DNA of 64,000 bases from Vicugna vicugna (taxonomy: Eukaryota): contig MU058423.1 of assembly GCA_013265495.1 (NCBI GenBank), positions 6,867,449 to 6,931,448 on the forward strand, read 5' to 3'. Below the pieces are notes generated by a model, which did not search any database, had not been told where the DNA came from, and was given only the letters and a program-made list of their open reading frames with translations. Position numbers and translations under genes: made by a program. This document shows, in pieces, positions 1 through 10,932 of this stretch; positions within the stretch are counted from its first letter, which is position 1; every line of letters starts with the position of its first letter.

Positions 1-15
1 AAAAAAAAAAAAAAA
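1..15 (+). repeat. Poly(A) tract, probably the tail of a retroelement cut by the window edge
   Basis: A15 at the start of the window. Confidence 0.5.
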
Positions 16-148
16 GAAAGAGGCACTTAAGACTTAAAATGAAACAGAACAATGTCTTTAATTTAAAAACCAGACTACAGAAAACTATTCTAAATAAAAA
101 TTTCGTTTGTTGTAATGTGATACCAGCTAATGTTTTTATTACTGAAAG

Positions 149-210
149 GATGACTCCAAAACTGCCATGGAATCTACTGTAAACAAATACACTGGCTTCA
201 GAGAACCATG
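149..210 (+). CDS. Candidate 62-nt internal coding exon of an unidentified gene (DDSKTAMESTVNKYTGFREP + TG)
   Basis: Branch-like ctaat 127-131, gtttttattactgaaAG acceptor ending 148, strong donor ATG|gtaaga at 211; only one of three frames is open; non-repeat sequence. Confidence 0.4.
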
Positions 211-429
211 GTAAGAGTAAACAAGATTGAATTATAATTGATGACAGAATTTTTTGAATTTCCTTTTCTCACAAATGCCTATATTACCAAAGACTAAAAA
301 GCTCTTTATTTTTCTTATTTCTTTGCTCAAAATTGGTTTAAAGAAGTAGCATAGATAGAGCACGTTGTGTTTAAAAACCCTCAAAATTCCCCGTAAACTT
401 TCAAGAGAAAATTCAAGCTCGTTAAAATG

Positions 430-745
430 GAATGTAGATCACATATATCCTTTCTGCTCTCTCTCTAATTTCATCTTCCCCATCTCTCCTGTAATGTGCT
501 TTACTTCACTCTTCAGGTTGTGGCAGGCCTCAAAGTCATCTGCCTCTGTGTCTTCGTTTATTTTGCTTCCTCATGCTGGGAACTTCTCCCCATCAAGTTC
601 CACTTCCCCAGATTTATTCCTCCTTCACTTTTAAATCAAGGTGTCTTCTCTAGGTAGTATTTTTATGCATTACCCTGGATTAGGTGCTTTCCCAGCACAT
701 CCCCAAATATCTCAGGATTTTCTTTCTCATGGCATTCATCCCGGA
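430..745 (+). mobile_element. L2 LINE fragment, continued at 3385-3500 after an L1 insertion
   Basis: Pyrimidine-rich L2 3'-region-like sequence (ttttgcttcctcatgctgggaac...tccttcac). Confidence 0.5.
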
Positions 746-751
746 GAATTC

Positions 752-1307
752 ATATTTTTAGCTTTATTGAAGTTTAATTGACATACAATAAACAGCACAT
801 TTTAAAGTGTATAATTTAATGAGCTTTGACATATGGATACAGCCATGAAACCATCACTACAAATCAAGATAATGAACTTTTTCCATCAACCACAAAAATT
901 TCTTCATGTCTCTTTGTATTTCCTCCTATCCCTCTCCACCCTCCCTGTGCATCCCCAGGCTACCACTGATGTGTTTTCTGTCATGATAGGTTAGTTTGGA
1001 TTGTCTAGAATTTTATATAAATGGAATCATACAATATGTATTCTTTTATTTTTGGATTTTTGCACTTATTATAATTTTTTAAAGATTTGTCAATGTTGCA
1101 TGTAGTAATAATTCATTGATTTTTATTTCTGAGTAGTATTCCATTGTACAGTCACACCATAATTTGTTTAATCCATTCACCTGTTGATAGACATTTGTGT
1201 TGTTTTCAGTTTGGGGCTATTACTGACAAAGCTGCTATGCACATTTATATACGAGTCTTTGTGTGAACATATGCTTTTATTTCTTCTAAGTAAAATACCT
1301 AGGAGTA
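752..1307 (-). mobile_element. L1MB-like LINE-1 3' UTR
   Basis: Antisense L1 3' end: gctttattgaagtttaattgacatacaataaacagcac...ttctgagtagtattccattg...taaaatacctaggagt. Confidence 0.85.
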
Positions 1308-1767
1308 TGTATTAGTTTCTGGGACTGCTGTAACAAAGTACCACAAACTGGGTGGCTTAAAACAACAGAACTTGATTCTTCCAGTTTTGGAGGCTAGGAC
1401 GTCAAAATCAAGGTGTTGGCAGAGTCATGCTCCCTCCAAAGGCCATACGGAAAACTCCTTTTTTGCCTTTTCTACATTCTGGCATTTCTTGGAATTCCTT
1501 GACATTTTTAATATTCCTTGGTTGTTATGGATCACTTCATTCTCTGCCTGTGTCTTCATATGGCCTTCTTTCCTGTGTATTTGTGTCTCTGTCCAAATTT
1601 TCCTCTTCTTAAATGAACACCAGTCATATTAGATTTAAGCCCACTTTAATCAAATATGATCTCCTCTTAACTAGATTATATCTGCAAAGACACTGGTTCC
1701 AAACACGGTCACATTTACAGGTTTTGGGTGGATGTGAGTTTGTGGGGCCACTACTCAGTCTAATACA
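1308..1767 (-). mobile_element. MLT1C-like ERVL-MaLR solo LTR inserted in L1
   Basis: TG...CA termini; tgtattagtttctgggactgctgtaacaaagtaccacaaactgggtggcttaaaacaacagaa is the reverse complement of the MLT1C 3' end. Confidence 0.9.
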
Positions 1768-1789
1768 GGGCCTGCCATTTTTTTGAGCA

Positions 1790-3002
1790 AGATAAATCTT
1801 TTACTGCACAGATGTGTTTTGCAAATAGATTCTCCTAGGAAGGGCTTGCCTTTTCATTTTCATACCAGTGTCTTTTGAAGAACAAAAATTTCAATTTTGG
1901 TAAAATCCAACTTAGTGATTTATTTCTTTTATAGTTTGCCCTTTTTGTGTTGTGTTTAAGAGATATATGTCAAACTCAAGGTCACTGAGATTTTTTACTA
2001 TGAGTTCTTCTGGAAGCTTTCTGGATTTAGATCTATGAAGCATTTCAAGTTAGTTTTTGTATACAGTGTGAGGTTAGAATAGAGGCTTGTTTTTGCTTAT
2101 TGTGTATATAGTTATTCAGTTGTCCTAGCACCATTTGTTGAAAATATTTTGCTTTTCTTATCAGTTGTCTTTGCCATTTTATCAAAAATAAGTTGAGTAT
2201 ATATGTGTAGGTCTAATTCTAGACTCTATTCTGTTCTATGCCAGAACAACACTGCCTTGATTATTCTGATTTTATAATGAGCCTTAAAATTAGATAGTAA
2301 ATCTTCCAACTTTGTTCTTTATAAAAGTTGTTTTGTTAATTCTAAGCCCTTTGCAACTCTATAAAATGTTAGAATTTACTTTTAAATTTTTACAAAAATA
2401 TTTGCTGGGATTTTGATTGAGACTGCATTAAATCTAGAGAACAATTAGGGAAGAACTGGTATCTTAATAATACTGAATCTACCAAAATAGGAATACAATA
2501 TGTCACTCAATAGGTGTTTATTTTCTTAACAATTTTTTTTTAGTTTTCAGTATATAGACACTGCATATATTTTGTCAGATTTATCCCTATTTCATATTTT
2601 AATCTTATTTTATATGGCATTATTTTAAAATTACTTTGAATGGGTTTTGGTAGTATATAGAAAAAACAATTGATTAGCCTATATTGATCTGGTGTTATTC
2701 AACATAAGCTCATTTGTTAGCTTTAGTACATCTTTCTATAGCTCCCACAGGATTTTTTACATTGATGGTAATGTTGTTTATAAATACTAACAATTTTTCA
2801 TCCTCCTTTACGTTTTCAATGCCTCCCCCCTCCAACACACACACCTTTTATCTTGCTTTATTGCACTGGTTAGACCTGCATGTGTAATGTCAAATGGAAA
2901 TAAGAAACGAGATATCCCTACTTTGTTACTGACCTTAGGGAAAAAGTTGCTGGTCTTTTACCATTGTGTGATATTAGCTGCAGGTTTTTTGCAGGTGCCC
3001 TT
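1790..3002 (-). mobile_element. L1M ORF2 remnant (continuation of the 752-1307 element)
   Basis: Antisense L1 ORF2 motifs, e.g. agttgtcctagcaccatttgttgaaaa and ttgctgggattttgattgagactgcattaaatcta. Confidence 0.85.
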
Positions 3003-3355
3003 ACTCAGGCCCCTCCACAGATTTATGGACCTCTCTCTCTGTGCATCTCCTCTCTTTGGTATCCTGCCCCATGGTATCTGGCTGCCTTGGCTTCCCTAGG
3101 TCACCACTTCCTTCTTTTCCAGTCATGGAGATTAAACAATGTCTACATATGTTTCTCCCCATGCTCCAGCCTGGAAACTCTCTAGACTCTCTAAACTCAC
3201 TTCTTTTGTTTCACCTCTCTCAGGGATTATTTTCTTGTGCTGTCTGATTTCCAATAAATGAAACCTATTATTTCATGTATTTTGTTTGGTGTTTTAATTG
3301 TTTTAAGCAGAAGGGTAAATGCCATACTTGTTTCTTAATCTTGACCTGAGTTCTA
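3003..3355 (-). mobile_element. Probable old L1M 5' UTR segment
   Basis: Resembles recalled L1M 5'-end consensus (gtttcacctctctcagggat...agggtaaat...tcttgacc). Confidence 0.5.
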
Positions 3356-3384
3356 GTACCATCTAAATTACAAATAAATTTATC

Positions 3385-3500
3385 TTTTATTAAATTGTAT
3401 GATCCTTAATGACAGGTGCAACTTTTATGTTTTAATCTTCAGCATCTGGCACAATTCACTGCATGCAGTAAGTGTCACTTAATGTTTGCTTAAGGAAGAA
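3385..3500 (+). mobile_element. L2 3' end fragment
   Basis: tgtatgatccttaatgacagg...cagcatctggcacaa...cagtaagtgtcacttaatgtttg. Confidence 0.6.
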
Positions 3501-4726
3501 GTACATGATAGTTGCACAAATCCATTATCTTGGTCTGTCTGCTTATGCCAGTACAATGATGATGCTGAGAATATGTCTGTGAGTAGGTATCCAGTCTCTA
3601 AGTACTCTAACATGTTTTAAAATTTCGGTTGTTAATTCCAACCACAACTAGAGTGTATCAAGTCTAGCCAGCATAGGTATTTCAGTACTCTTAGGTGTTT
3701 CTGTATTAGTGTATCTATCTCAGTAAATGTTGCTTATTAATGGGAACCATGGCATATTAATAGTCGAAACTGGGGAATCTTTATTATGTTGGCAACTTTT
3801 ATATTCATGAGGACTTTCACATAAAATAACAAAGCCAATCAGAATGAGGTAAACTTACCAATAAAAAATTCCTGAAAGAGGAATATCAAGAAGTCCATGT
3901 AATCTAATAGTAGCCCTGAGGTTTCTTAAAATATAAATGCTCAGGAAAAAATTCATGTTCTTTCTAGGTATTTATATATATTTTTTTCAGTGCAGTGTGT
4001 TTTTTAAATAATTATTGGATACTTATAAAAAGTCATAAATAAAATAACAGAGGTTAAGGATCAATAGATATAGTTCCACTATTGTAGTTTTTACAACTCC
4101 CATGTAAGAAAGGATTAATAATGTCAATGAATATATGTAGTTATTTATAAATTATCATACTTATGTTAAGAAAGTTTGAACAGAAAAAATAATTTAGAAA
4201 TTGTACACTTACAACAGATTTAAGTTACTTGAAAATATTAATATATGAAAATTTAGTTCTAAGTTTTTTAAAAATATTTTAAAATATTTTCCTCACTCTT
4301 TTTAACACAACATCAACAATAAAGTATTGTTCAGGGGTTAGGAGCCTAAACATAATGAAGATATTTAATAGAGTTATCTAAATCACTTTTAAAAACTATA
4401 ATAAATTTTGAAAAAAAAATTAGTATCATTTTCAAGTAATAATAGAAATGCTTCAGAATAAATACTAAGAGAATTTTATTCTATTTGCTGTATGTTTTGG
4501 ATGTACCTATAGATTATTTGGTATAAGGAATTTGGTATTTGGTTAATCAGGAATTTTTTTAATTCCACTTAACATTTTTTAACTCTAAGTTTCATAGTAG
4601 ATAAGTATAAGATAAATATATCTTTATTTAAGAGAAATCTTATATCTAAGATGAAAACACTTTGTTCTCTTGAAAATTTCAGCCTGTCTTGTTCTCAATA
4701 AGTTTTTTTTTCTTTAAAATATAGAG

Positions 4727-4970
4727 ACCACCATTCTACTCCCTGTTTCCATGAGTTAGACTATTTTAGATACCTCATATAGGGGAAAAGGGTAAATGAG
4801 AAATTGCTGTTTAGCAGGTGTATAGTTCCAGTTGTGCAAGATGAACATTTTCTAGACATCTGCTCTACAACATTGTGCCTATAGTTAACAATACTGTTAT
4901 GCACTTAAAAATTTGTTAAAAGGGTAGATGTCATGTTAAGTTGTTAAGTGTTTTATCACAATAAAAAATT
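4727..4970 (+). mobile_element. L1MA9/L1MB1-like 3' end with inverted 5' segment
   Basis: 4782-4970 is a sense L1 3' UTR ending in AATAAA; 4727-4781 is the reverse complement of the adjoining upstream L1 sequence. Confidence 0.85.
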
Positions 4971-5217
4971 AAAATGAATAAATAAATTAATCACTTAATT
5001 AAAATAAAATATAAGTATTATGTTTAATATCCAAAATATATGTTATTATATACCCAGTAGGTACTTACACTATTGGTCTGTTCAATAAATGACTGCCAGC
5101 TGATTAACTAAGGGTACATCTTTTACAATTTTATTTGTTAAATGAAATTTCTCTGGAAAAGACCTTCCCTGATTACCTTCAGACTGGAATTTATTACTGT
5201 AACTTTGGCTTCCAGTG

Positions 5218-5653
5218 TGTACTGAGTTGAATACCTCCAATTCGTGTCCACCTGGAATCCAGAATGTGACCCTATTTAGAAATAGGGTCTTTGCAGATGC
5301 TCTTAGGTTAAAATTAGGGCACACCCTAGTAAGATGTGCCTTAGTACAATGATCGGTGTCTTTTTAAGAAAAAGGGAATTTGGATCCTGAGATACTCAGA
5401 GAGGAGAATGCCATGTGAAGATGGACACAGAGGTTGGAGTGATAAGTCTACAAGCCAAGGCATGGCAAGAAACAGCAGGAAGTGCCAGCAAATATGAGAA
5501 GCAAAGAGAGGGGAATGGAACAGATTCTCCCTCAGAGCCTCAAGAGTTAATTTTAGACTTCTAGCTCCCAGAACTGTGAGAAAATACCTTTCTGGTGTTT
5601 CAAGCCATCCAGTTTGTGATACTATGTTTCAGAAGGCCTAGGAAACTAATGCA
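5218..5653 (+). mobile_element. MLT1C-like MaLR solo LTR
   Basis: agaatgtgaccctatttagaaatagggtctttgcagatg...cccagaactgtgagaaaata...ggaaactaatgca. Confidence 0.9.
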
Positions 5654-5932
5654 AGATGTTAGAGATTCAAGTTGTTAGCTTTATTTCCTGCCTTTTGGTT
5701 TTTCTATTAAATAATTCTCACTCTCCAACCCACAAACTGTGTGAATCAAGCTAATAGGAGTGAGTTTCTATTGCTTGGCCAAAAAAGCTTTAATCAAAGA
5801 AAGTTGATGTACAAACTAGAAAAATCCATTTGCAGCTGCTTTTGACAGAATGTAACTGTGGCCTGAAGTTAAATGGATACCTCATGTGTACATGAACATA
5901 TTAGTCCAGAAACACTGAACACACTGCATGTG

Positions 5933-6408
5933 TGTATCAGTCAGGGTCCATTCAGGAAACAGAAAAACAAAGACATCATTCAAAGTTTTAAAAATAGAGG
6001 GAATTCAATGGAGGGTATTGATTACATGGTTAATGGAATAGGCTGAGAAGCCAACCAGGGAAAAGTGAGGGAACCCAGAGATTAGGAGCAGCGGGAATGT
6101 GCTTTTACCTACAGTCTTTGGGACAAAAGGAGAAGGCAGAGTTACTATAGCCCGGACTAAGTCCCCAGGCAGAATCTGGCTTCTCAACAGGGCTGTCCAA
6201 AGATGCTGGAACTGCAGAAGATAAGCAGATCCTCTTGGAAATGCTAATAAAAAGTGAAGATGGTCAGCCTTTTGTGCCTTAACCCAGCTAGAAGTCCAGT
6301 GACAAAAGGAGCCTGGGAAATGGACCCTGTTAAGGGTCTGCCCCTGCCTTATAGAGCTGAGCAGGGGAGCTAAAAGGAATGGCGATAGAGGCAGGCAGAT
6401 ATTTCACA
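5933..6408 (-). mobile_element. Old ERVL/MaLR-class solo LTR (MLT1M/N-like)
   Basis: Begins tgtatcagtcagggtccattcaggaaacagaaa, ends ...cagatatttcaca; MaLR-like internal motifs. Confidence 0.6.
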
Positions 6409-6789
6409 TCCATTACTTTCTATTTATCTCTTCTATTATCACCCAAGTCAGTCTCTAATTATCACTCATCTTGTATGCTATAAACTTCTAGCAAGTTTTT
6501 CTGACTCTAGTTGGAGCCTCCTTTTAGCCATTGTGGATGTAGTAAAGTCATTTGTTTATCTAGCTGAAGGAGAAATTTCCTTATATGCTAGAGGATAAAG
6601 GCTGAATTTATTAAACTGATGATTTAGGTCCCAAATCAAGCTCAAAATATCTTTTAAATTGTCTCTCATTATTTGTCTTGTTGATTGTTGTGCTCTGGCT
6701 AGATATTGCTAGAATGGTGGTATTGGAGAGGGAAGAAGAAAAAAACCCAAGCAAAATTGCTGAATGATTATAATTAGTTTAAAAATTGC

Positions 6790-6960
6790 ATAATAGACTG
6801 CTAGTCCTTTAGGATGCTGGAATCAATGAGGACTGGAGCAGTCTCTGATTATCTACACCTTAGTTTAAATTCTGCCTTTATTTAGCATTATATCCCAGCA
6901 CTTAGATCAGTGTATGGTAATAGCTGATAATAAATGGTGAAGGAATGAGATCGTGAATGA
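6790..6960 (+). mobile_element. L2 3' end fragment
   Basis: tatatcccagcacttagatcagtgtatgg...taaatggtgaaggaatga. Confidence 0.5.
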
Positions 6961-7766
6961 CAGGACAGTTATCTAAGGTCTAAAGTCTTTGGTGAGACGT
7001 ATTATTAGCCAGATATCAAATTTATTTTTATGTTTCATTCTCTAGTTTATTATTCAGAGTCAATAAAGATTGTTTTCCAAAATTGCATAGATAATAATGG
7101 AAATTTAAAATATATAGTATACCTTAAAGATACAGTTACAGTTACATGTATGCAGATAGATAAGCTGAAAAAAGAAAAATATATATATATTTTCTATTAC
7201 AGAGCAGATAATCAACAAACCTGTTGTGAATGCATGAATTATCAATCATCAACCAAGGAATTGCCTATTGTATAGTAGTCATATAGTCATCTTTCCTCTA
7301 TAGTAGGTTTCTTTTGGTATCAGTTGTTGAAAGTTAGTTATTTCCAGTTTTCTAAAGAACTATTTGTAGCTAAATTTTTATCTATATCTAGCTCAAGTGG
7401 GCATGGGGCATTAAATTTTTTTTTCAGCTTAAGGGGTGATATATAAAAGTTAGTAACAATGTGCTCTGTTCAAAGGTATGCATTATCACCTTTGAAACAG
7501 ACTTCCCTCTCCCCTTTAGTTATGTAGAAAGATATGAGGAAATTACATACCTATACTTTTCTGAAAGGAGCATATTGGAATACTTGGGCATGTTGAGAGC
7601 CATGCTGGTACTATGTGGATTTAGGTAGTAACCCTATGACAAGAGTATTTGAAGCCAAAATTTTACCAAAGAGCCAAGGAGACTTCCAATTATAAGGGAA
7701 GTGGAACTGTATGCTTTCTCCTTGAGATTAAGAATTATTGAAATAGCTTAAATTCCAGGGTGGTAT

Positions 7767-8540
7767 TGTTGCTGAAACATAGCTTCCATACCTCACTTAC
7801 CAACTTGAGACTCCAGGACAGAGATTTTTGGATGAAGCAGAAAAGGCAACTTTATTTCTTTGCCAGGCAAAGGTCACAGTGGGCTAATGCCTCTAAAACT
7901 GTAAGCCTACTGATGGCAGGTGATTTTATAGTAAAAATTCAAGAGGTGGAGCTAGTTTCCATAGAGATCATATACAGGGTAACAAATTGTTGCAAAGTTG
8001 TTCTTGGTTTTGCAGTTGGAGTTGTCCCCTTCCCTCTGCTGGATGTGAAGTTCACCTCTGGTTTTGGGACTTTCTTAATATTCTTGTACCTAGAACAAAG
8101 GATGCATAGGAAGGGGCTCCATGAGAAAGAATTTTAGAGAAAAACTTGTGCAGTTTTAAGTCAGGCTGATAAATGTTTTTACCCTTTTAAGTAGGCTGAG
8201 GCCTGGGACCTTCTGCTGTAGGCTGAAGCCTACAGCTGGAACAACAGGATACAAGGAAGCCACAAGGGGTCAAGAGGAGGGCACTGGGGTCAAGAGGAGG
8301 ACGCTGGGATCAGGAGCAGAGTACTGGGGGCAAAAGCAGGGCATGGAGCATGATCCCTCATGCAGTACCAGCACCACAAGGGGGTTGGGCGGACCACCCA
8401 AGCCTCCCTCCTTTCCAGCCTAACCCTGATAAGCAAGAGCATGAGAAAAACCCTTTAAACCATTATACAGTTAAGCAGTTACAAACACCACTGCAGATAT
8501 CAGATGGTCACTGATAACAATAGGGTCCTGCTCAGTTACA
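7767..8540 (-). mobile_element. ERV1-class solo LTR (774 bp) with perfect 4-bp TSD
   Basis: TGT...ACA termini; GTAT at 7763-7766 and 8541-8544; minus-strand TATAAAA (7924-7930) upstream of AATAAA (7851-7856). Confidence 0.9.
8266..8345. repeat. Four imperfect 20-bp tandem repeats in the LTR U3
   Basis: ggggtcaagaggagggcact / ggggtcaagaggaggacgct / gggatcaggagcagagtact / gggggcaaaagcagggcatg. Confidence 0.9.
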
Positions 8541-8770
8541 GTATCATTTGAAGTTTTCTGTAAGGGAAGTTCCTATGTGCAAAAGACAATCTTCAGTATG
8601 GAAGAAAGATTCTGGACTGGTGACTTGCAGTTGACATTGACTTAAGGAAGGCTGGATTTGAGCACAGTATATAGTTTATGCTGGATCTACTCAGACCTAC
8701 AATTATGGATGTACTTGGGGAAAAAGAAAGCTAGCAAACTGAAAAATCTGTTTTTAAGAGATGTCATAGT

Positions 8771-9875
8771 AAACTGATCTCTGACAAAGATCAAAGTCAA
8801 TATAATGCAGCAAAGACAATCTTTTCCACAAGTGGTGCTAGAACAACTGGACATCCACATGTAAAAAAGTGAATCTAGACACAGACCTTACACACTTCAC
8901 AAAAATTAACTCAAAATAGATCATAGACCTAAATGTAAAATGCAAAACTGTAAAACTCCTGGAAGATAATCATGAAGAAAACCTAGATGACCATGGATAT
9001 GGCAGTGACTTTTATAAAATACCAAAGGCGTGATCTATGAAAAAAAATTAATGAAATGGATTTCATTAAAATTAAAAACTTCTGCTCTGCAAAAGACGAT
9101 ATGAAGAGTATGAGAAGACAAACCAAATGCTGAGAGAAAATATTTGCAAAAGACACATCTGATAAAGGATTGTTGTCCAAAATATACAAAGAACACTTAA
9201 AAATCAATGGTAAGAAAACAAACAAACAAAAAATAGACCCAAACCTTAACAGACTCCATTCCAAAGAAGATATACAGATGGCAAATAGGCATATGCAAAA
9301 ATGTTCCATATTATGCATCATCAGAGAAGTGCAAATTAAAACAATGAACTGCCACTATGTATTTATTAGAATGGTCAAATCCAGAACACTGACAATGCCA
9401 AATGCTGATGAGGCTATTTCAGCAACTGGGACTCTCATTTGTTGCTGCCTGGAACGGCAAATGGTACAGCCCCTTTGGAAGATAATTTAGCAGTTTATTG
9501 TAGAACTAAACACACTCTTACCAAATGATCCAGCGATCACACTCCTTTGTATTTACTCAAAGGAGTTGAAAATTTATGTCCATACAAAAATCTGCATTTG
9601 GATGCTTATAGCAGCTTGACATTATACATTTATCTAAACCCAAAGAATGTGCAATACCAAGCATGAACCCTAAGGCAAACTTTGGGTGATAATGATGTGT
9701 CAGTGTAGGTTCATCAAATATAAGGATTGTACCACTGTGATGAGTGATGTTGCTAATAGGAGACGCTATGATTGTTGGGTAGTGGACAGGGGATATACGA
9801 TAAATCTCTGTAATTTCTACTAAATTTTACTGCAAGCCTAAATTGCTCTAAAAAGAAATTCTAAAAAAATATTTT
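8771..9875 (+). mobile_element. 5'-truncated L1MC1-like LINE-1 (ORF2 C-terminus plus 3' UTR)
   Basis: ORF 9170-9490 reads like the L1 ORF2p C-terminus (KIYKEHL...SKEDIQMANRHMQKCS...IREVQIKT); L1MC-type 3' UTR at 9618-9870; TGTCATAGT on both flanks. Confidence 0.9.
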
Positions 9876-10774
9876 AAAAACTGTCATAGTTAATGCTAAA
9901 TATAATTATTTTTACTGTAGGATGTATCTCCTTAATAAACCTAACACTGGGAGGAATCCTTCCCCAAAGAATGAGCAGTTGCGTTGAAAAAGCCCTCACC
10001 TCGGAGCCAAATTGACTTCTGGGCTTCTTTCATTTCTGCCTGACACAGAGCTTCAGCGCTGTGGCAACTCCTATTGCTTATGGCCTTGCACCAGATAGTT
10101 GAACTGCTCTGAACTTTAGCCAGGAGAGCAATTTGGTACTGGAAAACTTTTAACCACAAAGAGAGGGTATTGAGAAGGCTAAGCCTTACATAAATTTAGC
10201 TTAATTAAGGACACCTGAGTTCCCAGTCCTAGCCATGTTTGCCAGGCCAGTGGAAAGGAGAAAGAATTCAAGGCCAGCAAGTCCGGGGTCCTTAGAAATA
10301 GTTTGGGATATTGGGGAAAAGCTGAATTTCCTCCTATAGGGGGGAGATAAGAATCCAGAGTTGTCATAATGTGAAAAATATTTTAATTATAACATTATTC
10401 TGTACTCAAAACAAAACTAATATCCATATTTCAAATATGTGTATTGAATTTCTGATTTTTTTTTTCGGTTTAAGCCCCATACCCTCTAATTTTAAAGATA
10501 CTTCCTCTAACAGTCATTACTTGATAACTTGGCATCAAAATTATTTCTTTTTACGTCAATGTATATGTTAGTGAATATTTTAGTTTAATTTAAACAGAAA
10601 CAACAAAAATTGACCAAATAAATAATTCTGGAGTGGACCCTTTTTATGTTACACACATTTATCATTATCATTATTATTATATGAGCTTTTGAAAAGCTGA
10701 ATCCAGATAAACAAGCCAAAAATTCAAACTATTATGGAAAAAACACACACATGCAAAACAAGACCTCTTAGGCA

Positions 10775-10932
10775 TCAAGAGGTTTGGGCTAGCTCTGCCG
10801 CTAACTAGCTGGGTGGGACCTTGGACAGATCACCTAGGTTCATTTCATTGGACCTTTGATTTTTCTTTTTTAACATAAGGAAATTGTACTAGATGATTTC
10901 CAAAGACTTTTTTTGCACCTCTCAAACTCTAA
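10775..10932 (+). mobile_element. MIR SINE fragment
   Basis: MIR core: agctctgccgctaactagctgggtgggaccttggacagatcac. Confidence 0.7.

Noticed and set aside
4271..4290. 20-bp perfect palindrome aaaatattttaaaatatttt
   Set aside because: Expected by chance in very AT-rich low-complexity sequence.
7760..8137. 125-aa ORF
   Set aside because: It lies antisense within a solo LTR, has a non-ATG start and shows no retroviral protein motifs.
8266..8345. Regularly spaced repeats resembling a CRISPR array
   Set aside because: These are head-to-tail 20-bp units without unique spacers, inside an LTR U3 of a mammalian genome.
9170..9490. 106-aa ORF with real protein similarity
   Set aside because: It is a decayed remnant of the L1 ORF2p C-terminus in a truncated element, not a gene.
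10000..10060. Peptide ...AEALCQAEMKEAQKSIWLR, faintly like the Ty1/copia RNase H motif
   Set aside because: The EAEY motif and surrounding domain are absent and the similarity is only a few residues; copia elements are not a known part of mammalian genomes.
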